A stretch of 64,000 nt of DNA from Laetmonice hystrix. Taxonomy: Eukaryota. The notes under the pieces are model-generated. The model saw only the letters and a program-made list of their open reading frames with translations, had not been told where the DNA came from and did no database searches. The DNA lies in NCBI GenBank assembly GCA_965235115.1, contig OZ249436.1, positions 2,668,001 to 2,732,000 of the forward strand, given 5' to 3'. Shown piece after piece: positions 50,827 through 64,000 of this stretch (positions are counted from its first letter, which is position 1; every line of letters begins with the position of its first letter). The position numbers were made by a program, and so were the translations under genes.

Positions 50827-52678
50827 GGAGGGCTCCCTACATGTATTGAGTGGCGTCATACTCGAGCAAACACTACAGTGAGGGCTCCCTACATGTATTG
50901 AGTGGCGTCATACTCGAGCAAACACTACAGTGAGGGCTCCCTACATGTATTGAGTGGCGTCATACTCGAGCAAACACTACAGTGAGGGCTCCCTACATGT
51001 ATTGAGTGGCGTCATACTCGAGCAAACACTACAGTGAGGGCTCCCTACATGTATTGAGTGGCGTCATACTCGAGCAAACACTACAGTGAGGGCTCCCTAC
51101 ATGTATTGAGTGGCGTCATACTCGAGCAAACACTACAGTGAGGGCTCCCAACATGTTGTGTCTGGCCTTATACTCGAGCAAACACTACAGTGAGGGCTGG
51201 CCACATGGACTGACTGGCCTTATACTCGAGCAAACACTACAGTGTAACCCTCCATGTAACGGCTGGCCTTGGGCTGGAGCATACAGTACAGTGAGGGCTC
51301 CCTACATGTATTGAGTGGCGTCATACTCGAGCAAACACTACAGTGAGGGCTCCCAACATGTTGTGTCTGGCCTTATACTCGAGCAAACACTACAGTGAGG
51401 GCTGGCCACATGGACTGACTGGCCTTATACTCGAGCAAACACTACAGTGTAACCCTCCATGTAACGGCTGGCCTTGGGCTGGAGCATACAGTACAGTGAG
51501 GGCTCCCTACATGTATTGAGTGGCGTCATACTCGAGCAAACACTACAGTGAGGGCTCCCAACATGTTGTGTCTGGCCTTATACTCGAGCAAACACTACAG
51601 TGTAACCCTCCATGTAACGGTTGGCCTTGGGCTGGAGCATACAGTACAGTGAGGGCTCCCTACATGTATTGAGTGGCGTCATACTCGAGCAAACACTACA
51701 GTGAGGGCTCCCAACATGTTGTGTCTGGCCTTATACTCGAGCAAACACTACAGTGAGGGCTGCCCACATGGACTGACTGGCCTTATACTCGAGCAAACAC
51801 TACAGTGTAACCCTCCATGTAACGGCTGGCCTTGGGCTGGAGCATACAGTACAGTGAGGGCTCCCTACATGTATTGAGTGGCGTCATACTCGAGCAAACA
51901 CTACAGTGAGGGCTCCCAACATGTTGTGTCTGGCCTTATACTCGAGCAAACACTACAGTGAGGGCTCCCAACATGTTGTGTCTGGCCTTATACTCGAGCA
52001 AACACTACAGTGAGGGCTGCCCACATGGACTGACTGGCCTTATACTCGAGCAAACACTACAGTGTAACCCTCCATGTAACGGCTGGCCTTGGGCTGGAGC
52101 ATACAGTACAGTGAGGGCTCCCTACATGTATTGAGTGGCGTCATACTCGAGCAAACACTGCAGTGAGGGCTCCCAACATGTTGTGTCTGGCCTTATACTC
52201 GAGCAAACACTACAGTGAGGGCTGCCCACATGGACTGACTGGCCTTATACTCGAGCAAACACTACAGTGTAACCCTCCATGTAACGGCTGGCCTTGGGCT
52301 GGAGCATACAGTACAGTGAGGGCTCCCTATATTGACTGGCCTTCTACTCAAGCAAACATTACAGTGAGGGCTCTCTGCATGTATTGACTGGCCTTAGACT
52401 GAAGTAAATACTACAGTGAGGGCTCCCTACTTGTATTGACTGGCATTATACTAGAGCAAACACTTCAGTGAGGGCTCTCTACATGTATGGACTGGCCTCA
52501 GAATGGAGCAAACACTATACAGTGAGGGCTGACCACTTGGACTGACTGGCCTTATACTCGAGCAAACACGTGAGGGCTCTCTACATGTATTGACTGCCCT
52601 TGGCCTGGAGCAAACACTACAGTGAGGGCACCCTACATGTATTGAATGCCCTTGGGCTGGAGCAAACAATACAGTGAA
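50827..52678. repeat. ~54-56-bp minisatellite with recent homogeneous expansion and multi-unit higher-order blocks
   Basis: Same family as 32545-33720; perfect 54-bp run at 50827-51150, then recurring ~218-bp blocks. Confidence 0.93.
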
Positions 52679-53283
52679 GCACCCTGCCAGGCCAGTGTCA
52701 CACAAGGACAATGGGTGCGAATGGTGGTGGTGGGGTGGGGGGCTTGGACTTGGGCTTCGACTTCGACTTCGAATTCGACTTGGCCTTCGACTTGTTTGAT
52801 GATAATGTCATCTGATATTTACGCATCTGCACAAGTTTGGTTCAGCCATGCGCGTGCCGTAGCCTACTCACTTTGCCGATCCACGCAAACTGGCTGTTTG
52901 CGTGTTTGCAATTTGTTGATTTTTCATTTTCATTCAAAATCCCTTGTGATTGGGCACACATCTACGGAAGCGTATTGCTACCACATGAAGAAAAGAAATT
53001 ATTGTTTGTACGACTTAGGGGGCCTATAGTAAGTCGTACGTACGACTTAGTAAGTCGCACGTACGACTTAGTATCTCGTACGTACAACCTAGTAGGCCGT
53101 ACGTACCTGGGCCACCTGAGCCCCGTTGCATAACTAATAACGCAACGCACTATGCGTTCATAGCGCGCGTTGTCAGGCTCTAACATCGTTTAATAAATTA
53201 TTAACGCGGACCTATATTAGGGTCTGCGCTCACTTCTCATGCATTAATTATGAAATATAAAGCTGGCAATTCAATGCGAAAAT

Positions 53284-53537
<254 letters not shown>

Positions 53538-54460
53538 TTCCTTTGGCCTGGGATGAACTTGAACCAGGGCTCGTTTCACTACTTAAGGCTGTAGTAGGCT
53601 CGTTTCTAACCTCTTCTCCGTGTATTATATCTGTAGTGTGATTGGGAGGGGGCGGAAGACCAGTCATTAACTGAACCCCAATTCCCCAAATAAAAATTAT
53701 CACAAAAAAAAAACAACCAAAAAAACCTGTCATTAATTTGTCGTGTCGAGTTTAACGCACGACCGGATAACGTTGGTTGTGAAAGGCGCCCCTGCTATTC
53801 CATGGTCCGCATCTAGTTAGGCCTATAGCATAGGCCTATAGGTAGGCCTAGTTGCTATTTTGATTTTCTGGAAGCGTATACCATCGAACACTGATCAATA
53901 CGTGCCATAGTTACGAACACAACATCGCGGCTGTAACTCGGGATCGCTTGGGACTTGTTTGAAATTTCCGCTTGCCAAGCATGTTCGTCCAAGTGGGAAA
54001 TACGTCACTTGGCATTGCGTAGCTTGCTGTTATTTCTACTCTAAATACATACCCCCTCTTATTAAACATTAAACTATAGCACGTATGTCCACATCATGTT
54101 GGTAGTAAGTATAGCTATTGGGAAACGGTGCTGAATTTTGTGCTGGTAATTGTGGGGGGTTCCACCACGTGGGTCTCAGACGCCATGGCGGGTACGTGTG
54201 CTGCAGAGGCAAGGCCCGCACGGCGTACGGACGGGGGGCCCGGAGCGCAAGAAGGAACAGCCAGTTCCAGGACTGGGTCCTGTCGAAGCTTGTTCGCAGC
54301 GAGGTTGCCGACTTCCAAGATCTATCTGGGCATAACACACGTACGAAGGGGGAGTGACTAGCGTGGCAGAGATATAAAATCCTCTACGCCTCAGTCCTCC
54401 CGCATAGAGGAATAATTTTCTTTATTTGTTTGTCACGGTAGACTCAGGTGTAATCGGAAA

Positions 54461-62562
<8,102 letters not shown>

Positions 62563-62862
62563 ACTCTTCATCTCCGAGCCCATTTCATCATCCATCAGCC
62601 ATCATCGCGACAAGTTCAATCAGACAAAAAAAAAACATCTCCTGGTTAGGTTACGTCAAGCTGACTGAGCCACGTATCCCTGCCTCATTATGTACCGTTT
62701 GGCGACAAGTTACTCATAGGCTGGTGCCCCCCCCCCCCCTGCTAAAAATGTCCTTCCATCTGGTTAGATGCAGTTGGATGATTGTATAGGGTGTATATAT
62801 ACAGAGAGATAATTGCCGAATTCTGTATGGTGGAGTTGTAGTTGTTTGGGTTTGCTGACTGC

Positions 62863-63690
62863 AGGTGTTCGTGAAACAGGAATACAAACACAGTATGAGT
62901 GGAGGTAGACAAACTCTGATGTTCATGAAACAGGAATACAAACACAGTATGAGTGGAGGTAGACAAACTCTGGTGTTCATGAAACAGGAATACAAACACA
63001 GTATGAGTGGAGGTAGACAAACTCTGGTGTTCATGAAACAGGAATACAAACACAGTATGAGTGGAGGTAGACAAACTCTGGTGTTCATGAAACAGGAATA
63101 CAAACACAGTATGAGTGGAGGTAGACAAACTCTGGTGTTCATGAAACAGAAATATCAGAACACAGTATGAGTGGAGGTAGACAAACTCTGGTGTTCATGA
63201 AACAGAAATATAAACACAGTATGAGTGGAGGTAGACAAACTCTGGTGTTCATGAAACAGAAATATCAGAATACAGTATGAGTGGAGGTAGACAAACTCTG
63301 GTGTTCATGAAACAGAAATATAAACACAGTATGAGTGGAGGTAGACAAACTCTGGTGTTCATGAAACAGGAATATCAGAACACAGTATGAGTGGAGGTAG
63401 ACAAACTCTGGTGTTCATGAAACAGGAATATCAGAACACAGTATGAGTGGAGGTAGACAAACTCTGGTGTTCATGAAACAGGAATATCAGAACACAGTAT
63501 GAGTGGAGGTAGACAAACTCTGGTGTTCATGAAACAGGAATACAAACACAGTATGAGTGGAGGTAGACAAACTCTGGTGTTCATGAAACAGAAATTTCAG
63601 AACACAGTCTGAGTGGAGGTAGACTAACTCTGGTGTTCATGAAACAGAAATATCAGAACACAGTATGAGTGGATGTAGATAAACTCTGGT
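62863..63690. repeat. 54/57-bp minisatellite downstream of the macroH2A stop, ~15 units
   Basis: (GGTGTTCATGAAACAGGAATACAAACACAGTATGAGTGGAGGTAGACAAACTCT)n. Confidence 0.96.
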
Positions 63691-64000
63691 ATATTTCTCT
63701 GTTAACCACATGGAGGGTGTTTGAGGGAAAGTGGCATCCAAATGTGGAATATTAAACCGTATATGCATTTATTTCATGTGAGCAGTGGTAAAGGAGTTGA
63801 AACAACACTTTCATTTAGAGGTTAGAATCTTTTGGTTCTGTACATTTCATTCTTGTGGTAATTCTTCACCGTACGCCATACTGAATCCATTTATGCAAGG
63901 TAGGTGTAAGTTTACATTTGGTGATCTACCAGTGTTGCAGAGAATTACCGTAGTCTTACTAAGGTATATGAGACTGTGGGCACAGTCAACTGGTCACTGA

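Noticed and set aside
54185..54361. 58-codon ORF with strong Kozak context upstream of macroH2A
   Set aside because: No recognisable protein features; GC-rich and probably within the first intron or promoter.

Overview
Eukaryotic (invertebrate metazoan-type) genomic DNA with GT-AG introns. 1-10 kb: ~864-bp satellite array. 12.7-49 kb: three + strand, 10-coding-exon secreted GH18 chitinase genes (signal peptide, [11 protein letters not shown] catalytic motif, S/T/P linker, Cys-rich chitin-binding domain). Genes 2 and 3 come from an ~18-kb tandem duplication (18121-35909 / 36014-54326) that also copied the upstream region of the next gene. 54.5-62.6 kb: a complete macroH2A histone-variant gene. 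Main finding: this macroH2A has two intact, diverged 175-nt copies of the exon encoding the second ADP-ribose-binding loop, and phase forces them to be mutually exclusive. This is a different exon from the vertebrate macroH2A1.1/1.2 switch. Tandem repeats also recur on splice sites, giving decoy acceptors, donor arrays and in-frame pseudo-exons. Many MITEs and a 5'-truncated LINE are present, several confirmed by empty sites in the paralogous copy. Gene models were assembled by eye without expression data, and family assignments rest on recognised motifs, not database searches.
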